A stretch of DNA of 64,000 bases from Azolla caroliniana (taxonomy: Eukaryota > Plantae > Polypodiophyta): assembly GCA_043228905.1 (NCBI GenBank), contig JBHGNT010000018.1, forward strand, positions 6,696,001 through 6,760,000. Direction: 5' to 3'. The position numbers and the translations under genes are program-made. This document shows, piece after piece, positions 50,173 to 61,300 of the stretch. Within the stretch, counting starts at the first letter, position 1, and each line of letters starts with the position of its first letter. The notes beneath the pieces were generated by a model. It made no database searches. It saw only the letters and a list, made by a program, of their open reading frames with translations, and was not told where the DNA came from.

Positions 50173-53100
50173 TGTCGTGAAGATTTTCGGCAATGGTGTG
50201 AAAATCACATAAAACTACAAAAAGATGGAGGTCTTGAGGAACTTTCGGATACACTTTACTACATAAGAAACATACATCTAAGTGTCAACTTATGTGGGTA
50301 TGAAGTTTTCCAAAAGAAAAAGAGAAAAATAAAACTGTAAAATATCCCACATAGATAGGAAAGTTTAGGCTTCAGCTATATAAACAAATTGAGATCCATC
50401 ATATTTCATCTATGTGTTAAGGGCACATAAGAAATAGTTGGACTTGAGCCACTTTTATCTAGATGGACATATGTGGCTAAGTCGTTGGATGTGGCTAAGT
50501 GCCTAAACCGGCTAGTGAAGAAACTCAAACCGGTCGACGATAGAACCGGAATTTGGATGGAGCCGGCAATTGGTGACCGGAGGGATCCGGTAGTCGGGCG
50601 ACAGAACCAGACGGTAATCGGTGATCGGTGTCATCCGGCGACTGGACGGTAACCGACATCCGACGACCGACGTCAACCAGCGGCGACCGACATTTGTCGA
50701 ACCGGTGGCATCCGACATCCGGTGAGACGGCGACCAGATAGATATATAAATAAATAAATAAATATATGTATATACATACATATATACACAAGGAGTGCAA
50801 GTGTGGATTTGAACCTTGCACAAGTTGAGAGTCTATAAGCTTACCACTAAGCCAAGACATTTCCGTGAAAATAATATTTTTATCATTATAGTTTTTACAT
50901 GTAAATTCTCATACATGAGAGCTAAAATGAGTGACATGGTTATCATGCACTACATGTAATACATGAGCGCCAAATGGCAAACATGCATTTTATGCATGTT
51001 TTGTACCCTCAAATGCATGAGAGCATCTATAAAACAGGGGAGGAAAAAGATGAAAAGGGGAATGTAAAATTATTATAAAGAGCTTTGTACTTTATATCGA
51101 AATTAATATTAAGAAGAAAATTCGTTATCCTTTTGATGATATACCTTGTTCTTCAAATCTAAAGTCAAGAGTTCAATCTTAATCTCTCTCTCAATCTAAA
51201 ATCAAGCGTTCTATCTTATCTCAATCTCTCTCTCTTTCAATCTATCTTAAATACTTTCTCGCTAAAGCTAGCGCCAACTTTGAGTCCTTCCGGTCCAGAA
51301 CCCCGACGGTTCCGCCTCACGATCCGTGCGTAGTAACGGATCTTCACGACATAATTAAGTGGTGAACCCGAGGTGAAACGAGGTGGCAGGAGGATATCAA
51401 GTGCGACTTGTGGCAAGAGAGCGTTCGGGCTTGCCCATGCACCTCTCCTTTCACGAAGGCATTCGAAATTGTTCCTCCCGTGTGTAAACCTTGCTTGTGT
51501 GTTCGTGCGACTTGTGGCAAGGGAGTGTTTGGGCTTGCCCATGCACCTCTCCTTTCACAAAGGTGTTCGAAATTGTGTCTCCCGTGTATAATCCTTGCTT
51601 GTGTGTTCGCGTGTTTTGTAACAAGGGAGCATTCGGGCTTGCCCATGCACCTCTCTTTTCACAAAGGCATTCGAAACACCTCCTTTTCCTTGTGTGTCCG
51701 TGTGTAAGCCTTCCTCACGTGCATTCGTTTGCCTTATGACTAGGGGTTGATTCGGGCTTGCTCATGCACCTCTCCTTTTCACAAACACGTTTGAATACTC
51801 ATGCCTTGTTTGTGTAAGACTTCCTTGTGTTGTGCGTGCAAGCCCTATTTCCTTCCCGTCCATAACCTTGGCGGTTCCGCCTCACGATCCGCACATAGTG
51901 ACGGATTTTCACGACATAATAAATTGGTGAACCCGACGTGAAATGAGGCGGCAGGAGGATATCTTATGAAGGCATATAGATACAAAGAGCTGAAGAGATG
52001 CAACCTATACGAGTTCGACCAATGGGTATCATCATTAAAGACCCACCAAAGTGCCATGCATGCTTTCGTTGAGTTTGAGTGTCGCTTTGCACAATTCTCG
52101 GAGTGGGATCAAAGATTGGTGGGGTGGGAAAAAGTCCTAATGTTTGTGAAGTCAATCGATCGGAAAGAAAGGAAGGCCATTGGAATCCGACTTGAGGATG
52201 ATGATGGTGCAAATGGCCTCACCGAGAATTGGACGAAAGTGGAAACAGAATGTCGATTACATGATAAGAGGAAGACAAGATTCTTATCAGCAACAACACA
52301 ATCCACGACGGATGGTGAAAGGAGGACAAGAAGCAACTACAAACTACCACTTAAAGAAGAGAGCTTGAAGAGGGAAGGTTCGATGGTACTCGACATAGAG
52401 GCCTTCATAAACGAGGAATATGAGAAATTAAAGGTGCAAGTTTAGGCCAAAGAGAATCTTATAATGGAACCAAAACGGATTAAAATGGTAATAAAGGAAG
52501 AAGAGACCTCCCAACAAAGGTGGAGTAATGATACGGCCAATACGAAGGCCCAAGTTTGGTACGACAGCACCACGGAAGAAGGTGTGGAAGAAGACACCTT
52601 CTCGTCTTGCAAAGAAACAATGGGGAAGAATGAAACAAATGAATCGAGGGTGGCGAATGCCACTTCAAGCGAAGGCAAATGTTTCGAAACATGCATCGTG
52701 TTTGAAACATCAAGTGATGAAGGTGCAAGCATGAGCAAAGCTTGCATGATCAAGGGAGAACTCCATATAAAATTCCATTTTTTTCCTACACTCATACTCT
52801 GTCTCGTTTATTTTCTTTTCCTTCTTAGCTCTCTTATCTTATCCTAATCCTAATTTTCCTTAGGTAACTCATAAACCCTAATTTCCCTACGGAAGCCATA
52901 ACACTCATAACCCTAATTTCCCTACGGAAGCCATATCTCTCAAAAACCATAATCTCTTATCAAAACTAAAAACCCTAATTTGCTATCGAATCCATATCTC
53001 AAATTCTTCTAATCTATTACTCTAGCAATCTCCATAAGCTAAACTTTTGTAATCCCAATCTTAGGATTGATTGTAATCTTTCTTTTCCTTTGTTAATGAA

Positions 53101-53223
53101 ATTTGTCAATCTTTTTTATTTCGGTTAATTCTTAGTACATAAACATACAAATTTGATATCCTTTGGTCGGAGGCCCCAGGGTCCTGCCTCAAGTTCACGT
53201 GTCCTCGTCGTATTTTCGCGATA
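50173..53223 (+). mobile_element. Trp-primed composite element with TSD ACGT: LTR 50173-51351, PBS, ~100-bp repeats, second LTR end + PBS (~51870-51943), truncated gag, dissimilar right LTR end
   Basis: ACGT at 50169-50172 and 53224-53227; host integrase frame YSNV|KHRDE is restored on removal. Confidence 0.8.
51966..52445 (+). pseudogene. gag: Truncated homolog of the array Gag
   Basis: EFDQWVSS.KTH.SA..AF.EFE.RFA..SE...RLVG.EKVLMFV.SIDRKER..IGI.LEDDDGANGLTE.W. Confidence 0.85.
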
Positions 53224-54524
53224 ACGTTGGAGTAGATTTGATAGGTTGGGCATGTCTCGACATACCTCTTTATTTCATTGTAGAATCTTGGCCACCAGTA
53301 TCTTTCCTTTATTTTATTAAATGTTGCCCAGACTCCATGGTGTCTGGCCCACTCTCTATCATGCAATTCCTTTAATATCTGCTCCCATTGCACTTGGTCG
53401 CAGATAACCCATTGTGGATTTCCCATTTTACACTTCGGATGCTTCCAAAGGTAACCTTGATGCTTCTTTCGGAAATTCGAGAAGTTTCTCCCACTCCAAA
53501 TTCCTTCTTTCCATGGTGCTTGTAGATACTTCCCATGTTCCTTAAACTCTTCGTTATATTCTTCTTCTTTAAACTCATGTGCTTCATGTGGCTTACCCCC
53601 TCAAATTTCATTTATGGGTAAAGTTGATTCTTCTTCTTCTTCACTATCCAATTCTCCTACTTCCCCGTTTTCGTATTTCGCTCTGCACAACATATCAGCC
53701 GTTGCGTTCTTCTCACCAAATATATGCCGAACCTTAGGGTTGATGGTTTTGATGTAGACACACCACCTAAGCATTGCTTGGTTTGGAATATTGCAATTTA
53801 TAATAATCCTGAGAACTGGCAAGCAATCTGTCTCCACAATCGCTATTAATGAATGTATTGGGTCATTCCACCTAGTATTATTCCTTATCTCGTCGCCAAC
53901 CTTCCGTAAGTCTTGCGGTTGAATTCTTTTGTCATTAGAGGACTTTATTACCTTTTCCCAGAATCTTGATTTGATCTAGGGATCATCAACATTCAACCCG
54001 GTGGTAATCGAAAAGTACATCTCCTAAACATTCTTCGACTCTTTTTCCTCCATCAATTTGTTCATCCTACCTTTGCCGAAGTTAGATTTTAGGGGTTGTC
54101 AAGTCTCCGATGAGTGGATTCTCCCATTTTGAAAGAAGATAAGGTTTCTTTCTAATGTTTCCTTATGAATCTAACAATCCCTTTTGAGGTGCTTCGTGCT
54201 ATCGCACCATATGCACCAATGGACAAATTCACCTTTTTCTCCCTCATTGGGCTTTTGTTTGATACCTGAGCTTTCACCCTTCTCAAGCTTTGTGAACTTG
54301 AGCTACAAATCCCTCATTCCCTTTACTTGCTCATCGATCGTGGACTCTGGTTGTTTTCCTTTGCCAACATCCGTTTTGGTTCCTAAACCCTAAACCCTCC
54401 ACTTGTTTTGGATGTTCTTTGGTTGTTGTCTTTATCCGGTTGTCACAACCTTCCTCCATCCTTAGGGCTCTCCTTCTTAGTACTCGACAAGCCTCGGGTA
54501 CCTCCGCCCAATCAGACACCAAAT

Positions 54525-57514
54525 TGTTGTACGCGGGCTAGACAAGCCCCTAGCACAGGATGTCCCTCTGGAACCCTTCACCAAAGGGGTGGTATAGTAA
54601 GGAATGTGCTGACCGTAATATAGAACCAATCCTTCTCGATTACTATCCGGAAATGATTAACTTGATACATGCGTATGATAATCACATTAAGCACAGAGCA
54701 ACATTAACAAGATAAGTAGTACGTAAAGCCACAACACTTCTCTATTAATTATCCGTTGTTACTTACATTGTCTCCGGATCCTTTTATAGGTATTCGGCTG
54801 GGTTACAAACCGGTGCCAACCAGCAACCGGCTATGAACTGGTTCAGATCCGGATCGGCATACCGATTCCAAGTCCGTCCGTCCACTCTTATAATTATCAC
54901 AATTTATCTAATTACAACTCCCAAAACCGGCTCCCCTTTCATACTCTAGCCTAACCGGCCAACACATGGCACGCCTGTGGGACAATACATTGTACGTCGA
55001 ACCCACGGTTAGCCCCTTCATTCATCCTCCAAAATGGCCAGAATGCTGTGGTCCAGGGGTTCTAACGGTTCATCGGGTAGTTGCTCCATCGGTTGTTATG
55101 GTTGCTCCTCCGGTTGTAGTTGCTATTGTTGTTGGTGGTCTACGACCTGCTCTTCCTCCCCAACTCTATCCGTTTCCGGCTCTACTAGTCTAGCCACTTC
55201 TAGCTCCGGCTCCTCCGTCCTTGGCTCCTCCTACTGCTGCACTGCGGCTTTGTCTGGCTCCTCCGTTTGACTTCTTCCGGCTATTCTACTCGGGCTTCGT
55301 TTGGATGGCCTCCGCCGGTCCCAGCTACATTCAGTGGTTGCTCTGGAGATTCCTCTCCGTTACTAATGTTAATTTCCGTCGACATTTGCGATGCTATCTG
55401 CCGTCTTCGCTCTCGTTCATATCGCTCAAACTGGAGTTGAGTGCCAAGTTGGTCATCATCCAGCTGTTCTACTAGCCTCCTTACAACCGCCAATTGTTCC
55501 CCTGCAAGGGACAAGAAATTGTCCAACAACTCCTCCTGGATAGTCACAATGCTCTCCGCATCCATCTTGTAGAAGTTGTCATCGTCCTTCCTCCGGTTTT
55601 CCGCGTCCGCTCGCAACATCTGTAATTCCGCCGCCTATTGTGCCCATTTTGACCACCATTGCACTGAGCTTTTACCAATCATACTCTTTGTCCTTTGAAC
55701 TTTGATTCCATGCTAACACAATGGCGCGGGTGAGCTCCAACCGGTCCCTTACTGCTTCTTCCAGTGCTTTTACCATGTCGACCGCCTTGGTCCACTCTTC
55801 CGCCACTGCCTCCGTCGCTTTGTTGACCTCATTCCGGTGTTCCCTTAGCTTCTCCTATTGCAGGTCACCTTCTGCAATCAACTTCTTGTGCTCTGCATCC
55901 AAATGCTTGTTATCTCATTCCAGTCGTTCAAAATCCTCCGTCTTCTGCTTCAGCTTTTGGTTTATTTAGCGTCGGGCACAATCTTCTTGGTCTTTCTGCT
56001 ACCGGAGTTCTTCTTTGAGCCGCTCAATTTCAGTTTCTGCCAATCGCCGGAGCTTATTCTTCTCTTGTAGCAGCTTCTCCTTTTCTTCCTTCAACCGGTC
56101 ATTTAATTGGTAGCTTTTCCGGAGATTTTCTTGGAGTCTTCGTTTCTAATCCTTCGCTGCCTTCTTCTGCTCTTGTTCTCTAGTCCTCAAGGCCTCCTGG
56201 GCTTCTAACTCTTCCCTGAGAGTGGAGAGTTCTTGCTCCCATGTAATACTTGTTGTGTTTGGTGATGTAGGAGCCACCGACGTGTTATTTATCTATTCAG
56301 TCACTGGTGCCACCGGTTCTGGTCCTGTCGGCGCTTCTGCTTTGACCTTCTCTATTTCTTTCTCCATGCTCTGGATCCTTGACCGGGCCTTCTCAAGTTC
56401 TTCGGTTGTGACGAATAACCAATACCGTTGTGCTCTCTCTTTCGCTTCGATTTGGCTTACAACCCCGACCACCTGCTCTCTGATTCATTGCAAGCATTGA
56501 CTGCTGGTGCCTTGTTGCCTTGCCGGTTTTGGTTACGGTGTTGGCTCTGCTCTCGACACAAACCCTTGTTGTATTGTTGTCTCTAGTCGCAACTCCTTCT
56601 ATTGTTGTGCCTGTCGACCCGGTGAGATTGGTACTTCTTCTATCGTTACTGGCGGAATAGGCTCCGTTTCCTTCCTTAGTTCTAGTCCCTCGGAGCGGGG
56701 TGTCGGTGTGCTATCCTTTACCGGACCCGCTTCGTCCCCCTTCTGCTCCGTGTCACTTCTCTTCCGACGACGTAGGAGAGTGTCAGCGGGTTCTTCCTCC
56801 GCCTCCTCCTCTTGTGTTCCCATGTTTATCCCTTGAGCCAAGTTAGGCGGCTCTTGTTCTTGCTGACACAATCTGATTTTAAGAGGCCTAGCTGATTGCG
56901 CTACTAGTGCCTCTGTCTCCGCTTGCCACTTTCGATTAGGCTTATTCCTTTTCTTTCTGTGATGAGCCTCCCTTTGTCCAACCGGGAGTATGCTTGGCAA
57001 GGAGTTGTTGTTGCTTCGAGGGCTTGTTTGGCGTCGTATCGACCATTCGGCCCCCCCTCTTTGCCTTTAATGTCAACACCAACGGTACCAAGAGAGTGAG
57101 CCATTGAGCCATTGAGTTACTGTTGTCCGACAATCCGATTAAGGCGCATATGGCCTCCTCTGTGATTACTTCTAGGTCGATCTTCTTCACGACCTTTTCC
57201 GCTTCTTCATGTGGAGGTGCCTCTGCTATCCGTAGGAAACCCTCCAGGACATGTTGAGTGAACCATTTCTTGGCAGTCTCGGAAAGTGCCATGGGCTCCA
57301 GTGTGTCCTCTATTTCGGTGGTGGTGGGGAGCTTTGGTGTGCCTATGGTAGCTTCTAGCGTTCGCCTAATCACTTGTATCCGCCTCTATGTGCTAAGTGC
57401 TCTGTGTTTGCGAAATTAGAGCGACTCTGTTATGTTGAGGTTTTGTGTTCCCATCCTTGCCTCCTTTTCTCGATTCCCGCGCATGCACGTCCTGTGCTTT
57501 TAGTTATGAAACGT
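54525..57514 (-). mobile_element. 3' part of a second Athila/Tat-type Gypsy: LTR 54525-54964 plus fragmented additional ORF (~55280-57300)
   Basis: TGTTGT...CCAACA with minus-strand CCTATAAAAG; EGFLRIAEAPPH homologous to the 39.1-kb ORF; coiled-coil fragments. Confidence 0.7.
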
Positions 57515-58330
57515 TGTCGTGAAGATTTTCGGCAACGGTGTGAAAATTGGATGGAATGTACAAAATCGAGTGTGGTTCTTCACACAAGACATGAAACAAA
57601 AATAGTGAAGATACTATTTTAGATTAGCTTAATATCTTGGTACGGGAAAATGGAGGTCTTCAAAAGCTTCCGAATGCATTTTACTAAATGTGACATGGAC
57701 AAATTAGTGTCAAGTTATGTGAGTGTGAAGTTTGAAGAGGAAAAGAAACCTGTGAGATATCCCACATAGATAGGACAAGTAAGACTCTCACCGTATATAA
57801 CCAAAGCTAGAAGTTATTACTTTTTGTTTATGTGTGGAGCACATAATGTTCTTGGGCTAAATTGTGGCTTAACTACTCTTAATGGTTTTGGTGGAACCAA
57901 AACCGGAATCGGAATCGGACGGCGATGGAGCCGGAACCAGCATCGGACGGCAACAAAGCCAAAACCGACACCAGCAACGGACGGCAACGGAACTGGAATC
58001 GGAACAGACGGACGACGACGGAACCGAAACCGACATTGGAATCAGAACCGGAACGGATAGACTAGATCACCGAATTGGAAGCGGACCGGATAGACGGATC
58101 GATCGGATAGGTTGATCGTGATGACTTCGGTGTGAAACGAACAAAATCATCTAGACTAAAAAACCTATTAGAAATTTGTAATCAAAGGGATGCAAACAAG
58201 GCTTGAACCTTTCACCTCCAAGATAGGAGGCAATGAACTTACCACTAAACCAAGTCATGTCTTTAAAAATGTTTTTACTATCATTATACTTTCACATGTA
58301 AACTTTTATGTTAGAGCTCGATTGAGTGTA
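57515..58330 (+). mobile_element. Truncated LTR of the Trp-primed family (left flank ACGT)
   Basis: TGTCGTGAAGATTTTCGGCAA start shared with 50173; tRNA-like module at 58190-58252; right boundary approximate. Confidence 0.75.
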
Positions 58331-61300
58331 GCTATGTATGTTAGGACGCATCTTAGGCCAATAAAATTGAGTGGAGATGAGAACGAGTGTACGATGTATT
58401 CCAGGGTGCCCTGCTGAGGGTGCATCATGGCATTCAAAAAGAATCCTCTTTTTGACCTCGGGTAAATCTAGAAAACACAAACCTTCCCATTACGGTAGAG
58501 CAAACCGTTAGCAATGTGGAAGTATTCCTTCAAGGATGTGGTGGTGTCTGTTCCAGACTCAACTCTTGCCCAGTATTTTGCGAAATAACTATCATCAGGA
58601 TACTTTCCTCGAAGGTGATCATAAAGATCTGATGATATTTCAGTGAAGCTAAGCGTGTTAACTTCACGGCTGCGACTTAGTGCATCAGCGACAATGTTCA
58701 TGGAACCTTTACGATATCGTATGGAAAAATCAAAGTCCTGGATGAGATCAGCCCATCGTGCCTTACGACCTTTCAGGTCTTGTTGGTCACAAAAATATTT
58801 CAAGGACTCGTGGTCCGTAGTTACCACAAAGCGATTTCCATAAAGATAATGGCGCCATGTTTTGAGCGCATGTATAACTGCAAATAATTCCTTTTCTTGA
58901 ACGGTATACCGACATTGAGCAGAATCAAGTTTCTTACTCTCGAATGCTATTGGTTTACCATCTTGATACAAGACAGCACCTATAGCATAATCGCTTGCAT
59001 CGGTTTCAACCTCAAAAGGTTTTGAAGGATCAGGTAAAAGAAGTGAAGGAGCCTTGCAAACCAGGTCCTTGAGTTCCTTAAAGGCGAGGTCTAGTGTACC
59101 ATTCCACACAATAGGTTTTGTAGACTTACGCGTTTGACCTTTTAAAAGATCAGTAAACGGCGTCGTCAATTGGGAGTAATTACGAAGAGACTTTCGCAAA
59201 AACCCGACAAAACCAAGGAATGATCGAACTTCTCAAATATTCCGAAGAGTGGGCCAAAGCTTGATTTTCTCAATGCGAGAAGGATCAATTTCAACTCCTC
59301 GTTCGGTTATGAGATGTCCTAGATAAGTAATTGATTTCTTGAAGAACTCACATTTTGAGATCTTCGCATAAAACTGTTTGTCACGTAATGTTTGTAAAAC
59401 AAAGCGGACATGTTTAGCATGTTCTTGTAATGTACGGCTATAAAATAAAATATCATCCAAGAAAATAACGACAAATTTTCCAAGTTGTTCTCGGAAAATG
59501 TCATTCATTTCTTGTTGAAAAGTAGCGGGAGCATTGGTCAAACCAAAAGGCATAACCAAAAACTCGTAATGGCCATAGCGCGTATGAAATGCCGTTTTAG
59601 GAACATCGTCCTCACTTATTCGTATTTGATGGTAGCCAGTACGGAGATCAAGTTTCGTAAAATACCGAGCTCCTTGGAGACGGTCAATTAGATCGTCAGC
59701 CCGGGGCAATGGGTACGAATTCTTGATCGTCACTTTATTCAAGCGTCGGTAATTAATACACATACGCCATGTGCCCTCTTTCTTTTTAACCAAGAGAACT
59801 GGTGCACCCCATGGAGATTTACTATAACGTATATAACCCATTCGTAAATAGTCCTTGAGTTGCTTAGATACCTCATCTTCTTCGGATCGACTTAAGCAAT
59901 ACGGAGGTATACTTATTGGTGCAACACCAGGTACAATATCTATACGATGGTCTATATTACGTTTAGGAGGTAACCCATCAGGTAGTTCACTTGGAAAAAC
60001 ATCATGAAAATCATTTAAGATTTCATCAAGTTGTTGTTGTTCAAAATATGTTAATTGAACCGGGACATTATCGATATTGTAAACGTGAATGTCCGGATCA
60101 AGTACACAATAAAATAACATAGAACAAGACAACTCGGATGTTGATGGACACGAGGAAACAATCGAGAGGGATTGTTTTTTTACACATTGAATAAAATGCG
60201 TACAATCGTTCAGTACAAAAGAAATGGAATGGCGAACCCAATCAATAAATAAAGAAGAGTTTTTATTATAAAACCAGGGATAACCCAGTATTACATCGGT
60301 GGTACAAAGATTCATTACATGGAAGTCTACTTCCTCTATATAAGTATCAATAGAAATTCCTAATGAATGAATCGCCCCGTTGATGTATTGTACTCTTCCA
60401 TCAGCCAAGTGCACCGTGTAGGTGTGATCACTTACGGTGGGTTGGATTCCCCATATTTGAACCAAACGATCATTCACAAAATTGTGTGAGCTTCCCGAAT
60501 CAAATAAAAATTGTACGGGAGATCCATTGATATACCCGTTTGCACGTAGTAAATCATTTGGACCCAATACATAGTGAGGGAAAGAACATTGACAATTACT
60601 TAAATGATGTGTATAGACCTGAAGGACATTAGGAATCTGACCTTTATGGTCTGCAGCTTTAGCTTTGTTGTCGTGCTCTTTCCGTTGGAGCTTTCGACAT
60701 TGATCTTTTGTATGACCCTTCTTTTTGCAGAATACGCAAAAAGGATGTTGTCGCTTACAATCGTGATCCAGGAATTCGTTGGGTGTCTTGCGTTTCCCAA
60801 CAAATTGCGACTGCTTAGTCCCGGGCGCTTCGTTGGGTTTGTTATGGTCCTTCTTCGAAGTGCGTTGATAGCGAAGAACTATTTCAATGGCCTCTTCGAA
60901 GGATTTTGGATCCTTATCGTGCACTATCCAGTGATAGTCCGAATTGGGGATGCCATTGACAAAACAAGCTATCAACCAATTGTCCCCTTCTAGACCCGAT
61001 GTTTGGATTTGGGTTCTAGCATGGTGAACATAGTCTTCTAGAGAGGAAAATTTCCTGCTAGAGAGGTTCATTAAAGCTTGTGCTGCCTCGGTTCGAGAGG
61101 GAGGTTGCAGAAATTGGCCCTTAAAAACCGTGACAAAATCTGTCCAGGTATCGGGCAATTTCCCCATAGTACGGAGCCCACGCCACCAGGCGGCGGCCTT
61201 ACCCCCGAGTTCTCGGCCAACATATGCAATCTTCGTACTATCTGGCATGGGATAGAGCTCAAAATGAGACTCCCATCGTCCCAGCCATGTGCAAATTGCT

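Larger units (their letters stand above)
48568..54524 (-). mobile_element. Decayed Pol-encoding relative of the array family (Phygy-like Gypsy): 3' LTR 48568-49161 plus IN/RH/gag fragments
   Basis: LTR starts TGTCGTGAAG on the minus strand; flank ACGT; IN fragments (ANGKIERGH, LWADRTT, WWP..Y..I..YV.TC), RH (TDCLP..ADML), gag VSDWAEV matching array GLTEDWAEV. Confidence 0.7.
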
